Virus record (IMG/VR): IMGVR_UViG_2681813201_000021
DNA from: a virus
Lineage: Duplodnaviria > Heunggongvirae > Uroviricota > Caudoviricetes
DNA: 40,199 nucleotides
Strand: one strand, 5' to 3'
Shown: one piece after another, positions 37,523-40,199 of the stretch
How positions within the stretch are numbered: the first letter of the stretch is position 1
Layout: every line of letters starts with the position of its first letter
Notes under the pieces: generated by a model
What the model was told of the DNA's origin: nothing
The model's input: only the letters and a program-made list of their open reading frames with translations
Database searches by the model: none
Made by a program: the position numbers and the translations under genes

Positions 37523-38956
37523 ATGTCTGAATTTGAAGTGTTGGCACAGCATCTGCTGAAGGAAGCCGAGGCGGAAGAAAAGCTGCGACAGGAAAATGAT
37601 AAAAAGCTTATCGAGAAAGTGCTGGAAATCTATGATCAGAAGTATGTGGCTGAATTACTGAGAAAAGTCGGAAAAAATGAGTGGAGCCGTGAAACCATTA
37701 ACCGCTGGATTAATGGCAAGTGTTTACCAAAATCGTTGACTTCAGTAGAAGAGTCTCTTCTGCGTAAGATGCTACCAGAACCACCTGCAAACCATCCGGA
37801 ATATGCTTTCCGCTTCATTGACTTATTTGCTGGAATTGGAGGGATACGGAAAGGTTTTGAGGCCATTGGAGGCCAGTGTGTTTTTACCAGTGAATGGAAT
37901 AAAGATGCTGTGCGTACATACAAGGCCAACTGGTTTAACGATGAACAGGTGCATAAATTCAATCTCGATATTCGGGAAGTCACGCTGAGTGATAAAACCG
38001 ATGTATTGGAAACGGATGCTTATGCATATATTGATGAGCATGTGCCGGATCATGATGTGCTTCTTGCGGGGTTTCCGTGCCAGCCATTTAGCCTTGCTGG
38101 TGTTAGTAAGAAAAACTCACTTGGTCGTGCGCATGGTTTTGAATGTGAAGCACAAGGAACACTTTTTTTTGACGTGGCACGTATTATACGAGCAAAAAAA
38201 CCGGCAATTTTTGTGCTGGAAAATGTCAAAAATCTGAAGAGCCATGATAAGGGTAAAACTTTCAAAGTCATTATGGAGACCCTTGACGAGCTGGGCTACG
38301 AAGTTGCCGATGCTGCAGAAATGGGAAAAAACGATCCAAAGATTATCGATGGGAAGCATTTTTTGCCTCAGCATCGTGAACGCATTGTTCTGGTCGGATT
38401 TAGACGAGATCTGAATATTCACAAGGGGTTTACCTTGCGTGATATCAGTCGTTTTTATCCGGAACACCGCCCATCATTTGGTGAATTGCTGGAGCCTGTA
38501 GTCGACAGTAAATATATACTTACGCCAAAACTATGGGAGTACCTTTATAACTACGCCAAAAAGCATGCAGCCAAGGGGAATGGTTTTGGCTTTGGGTTGG
38601 TCAATCCTGAGAATAAGGAAAGCATTGCACGCACACTTTCTGCCAGATATCACAAAGACGGATCAGAAATTCTTATTGATCGTGGTTGGGATATGGCAAC
38701 GGGAGAGGCTGACTTTATGAATGAGAGTAATCAGGCTCGTCGACCACGCAGGCTGACTCCCCGAGAGTGCGCACGCCTTATGGGATTTGAAAAACCTGGA
38801 GGGAAACCATTCCGTATTCCGGTTTCAGATACTCAGTCATATCGGCAGTTCGGTAACTCAGTTGTGGTGCCAGTATTTGAAGCTGTTGCCAGACTTCTGG
38901 AACCCTATATCCTCAAAGCTGTTTCTGCTGATGCTGGTAAGACTGGGCAGCCTTGA
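37523..38956 (+). CDS. ecoRIIM: DNA cytosine-5 methyltransferase, M.EcoRII-like (CCWGG family)
   Basis: Motifs [10 protein letters not shown] (I), GFPCQPFS (IV), ENVKNL (VI); sequence closely follows M.EcoRII/Dcm as recalled; RBS GGAGG before ATG 37523. Confidence 0.9.
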   Translation: MSEFEVLAQHLLKEAEAEEKLRQENDKKLIEKVLEIYDQKYVAELLRKVGKNEWSRETINRWINGKCLPKSLTSVEESLLRKMLPEPPANHPEYAFRFIDLFAGIGGIRKGFEAIGGQCVFTSEWNKDAVRTYKANWFNDEQVHKFNLDIREVTLSDKTDVLETDAYAYIDEHVPDHDVLLAGFPCQPFSLAGVSKKNSLGRAHGFECEAQGTLFFDVARIIRAKKPAIFVLENVKNLKSHDKGKTFKVIMETLDELGYEVADAAEMGKNDPKIIDGKHFLPQHRERIVLVGFRRDLNIHKGFTLRDISRFYPEHRPSFGELLEPVVDSKYILTPKLWEYLYNYAKKHAAKGNGFGFGLVNPENKESIARTLSARYHKDGSEILIDRGWDMATGEADFMNESNQARRPRRLTPRECARLMGFEKPGGKPFRIPVSDTQSYRQFGNSVVVPVFEAVARLLEPYILKAVSADAGKTGQP

Positions 38957-38962
38957 GAACAT

Positions 38963-38985
38963 CTCCCGGCCTTTTAAGCCGGGAG
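38963..38985. terminator. Bidirectional hairpin between convergent M and R genes
   Basis: CTCCCGGC cttttaa GCCGGGAG. Confidence 0.6.
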
Positions 38986-38990
38986 TCAGC

Positions 38991-40199
38991 CTATGATAGT
39001 TCAGCGTAAAGCTCTATCAGCTCAGTAATGAATGCTCCGAGCGTTATTAATTCTTCTCTAACTGCTTCTGGGTATTTTTTATGTAAAGTTGATGGTACAA
39101 CGAGTCTGACACCAGCATCTTTCATTTCTCGGTATTGTGCTGAAGAAACACCTTCTTGCAGTGTAAATAAATGTACCTGATGGATTTTATCTGCTTCATT
39201 CAGTATCTGACGCCAGCGATCTTTGCAGGTGGTCTTTACTGCCAGCATACGTAAGTTTTCTACAGGAAATTCAACGTTATGATATGCCTCTGCTGAAGGA
39301 AACAGGAAATCTGGTTTTTTATTACCTTCAGTAACTGCCTGAGTGGAGAAATGCCGTAGTCCGTGCTCGATAAAAAGCTTCTCTAGGTGAAGTTCAAGTG
39401 ATTTGCCTGCCCTTGATTTACGTCGATTACTGACAGAGTTGGCTAATGCAATAAACTCATCTACAGAATCGAATCCTTTCTTAATAATATCAAGAACATG
39501 TAATTCCTCGACGAGTAGAAAAATATCATACTCGACACGCCGACGGTCAATCAGTTGCTCATCTGGATCCTTGGAGTTTTTAGCATAATGGCCAGCAGCA
39601 TATTGAATAATTTCGTTTCCAGAAGGAAAACGCTTCTTCCAGTCTTCAGGAATAACATATTTATGATTTACTGGAGTTTGCTGAAGAGACAATCCGCCCA
39701 AAATTTGTCCGGCAGGGCCGGAAATTAGGGTTCCAGGTATGATTTCGCCAATAGCAGACTCGATGATATCCTCTTCATCGGGATTGACGCAGACCCATAT
39801 ATCTACCTCGGAACAGTCAGTGTTCTGTTCGTTTAACCTGAAAGCAAGAATTGTGAGGGCTCCTGTATTTTCAGGGTTCTGTAATGGACTTCCTCTCCCC
39901 CAGCGCGTAATTCTTTTTTCGTTTCGGGTCTTACCAAAATAACGGTTGTTGTAATAAATTGCGCGTGCTTGGGTATCAGGGCAATCATGGGATGATACAT
40001 GCGCAGTAAGGAAGACTGAAGGGTTCAGTTCGCGAGTATGATTGATAGATGGAAAAAGCTTTTCAACGATATTTGAGGGGATATAAAGTCCGACCTGATG
40101 GCCACCTGTTGCGCCTGTGTCGTTTGCAGAAAGGCGTTTGATGTAGATAAAGTAATTCCCGCTTGCGATATCAAGCAGCCAGTTATGAAAAACCGACAT
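38991..40199 (-). CDS. ecoRIIR: Type IIE restriction endonuclease, EcoRII-like
   Basis: 402 aa; N-terminus MSVFHNWLL...YIKRLSANDTGATGGHQVGLYIP and most of the length follow R.EcoRII as recalled; start codon is the last 3 nt of the window. Confidence 0.9.
   Translation of the reverse strand: MSVFHNWLLDIASGNYFIYIKRLSANDTGATGGHQVGLYIPSNIVEKLFPSINHTRELNPSVFLTAHVSSHDCPDTQARAIYYNNRYFGKTRNEKRITRWGRGSPLQNPENTGALTILAFRLNEQNTDCSEVDIWVCVNPDEEDIIESAIGEIIPGTLISGPAGQILGGLSLQQTPVNHKYVIPEDWKKRFPSGNEIIQYAAGHYAKNSKDPDEQLIDRRRVEYDIFLLVEELHVLDIIKKGFDSVDEFIALANSVSNRRKSRAGKSLELHLEKLFIEHGLRHFSTQAVTEGNKKPDFLFPSAEAYHNVEFPVENLRMLAVKTTCKDRWRQILNEADKIHQVHLFTLQEGVSSAQYREMKDAGVRLVVPSTLHKKYPEAVREELITLGAFITELIELYAELS

Overview
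The window is almost entirely one temperate prophage of enterobacterial type, bounded at the left by a complete tyrosine integrase (stop codon at nt 1-3) and carrying a restriction-defence island at the right end. All calls are made by eye from the sequence and ORF track; no database search was run. Order: int/xis and a minus-strand early-left operon (PAPS-reductase-like, HD-hydrolase, DUF2303-like genes); an ORF-free GC-rich structured region; a cI/cro immunity switch with palindromic operators; an O-like replication gene with in-frame iterons; Dam-like methyltransferase, a LexA DNA-binding-domain-only protein, RusA, KilA-N antirepressor, DUF968/HNH-like and a Q-position regulator; an AT-rich three-gene operon on the opposite strand; lysis cassette (holin, lambda-R-like endolysin, overlapped Rz/Rz1); HNH endonuclease, candidate cos region, terminase; HK97-type head genes; Mu-type contractile tail and baseplate genes with a -1 frameshift chaperone; a Pin-type invertible tail-fibre segment; then a GIY-YIG nuclease-domain gene and a complete EcoRII-like R-M pair (the R start codon is the last base of the window). 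The strongest candidate for an undescribed system is the AT-rich operon at 12438-14400 between the Q-like gene and the lysis cassette: three translationally linked genes with no motif I recognise and their own terminator. Second is the GIY-YIG gene at 36343-37116 beside the R-M pair.
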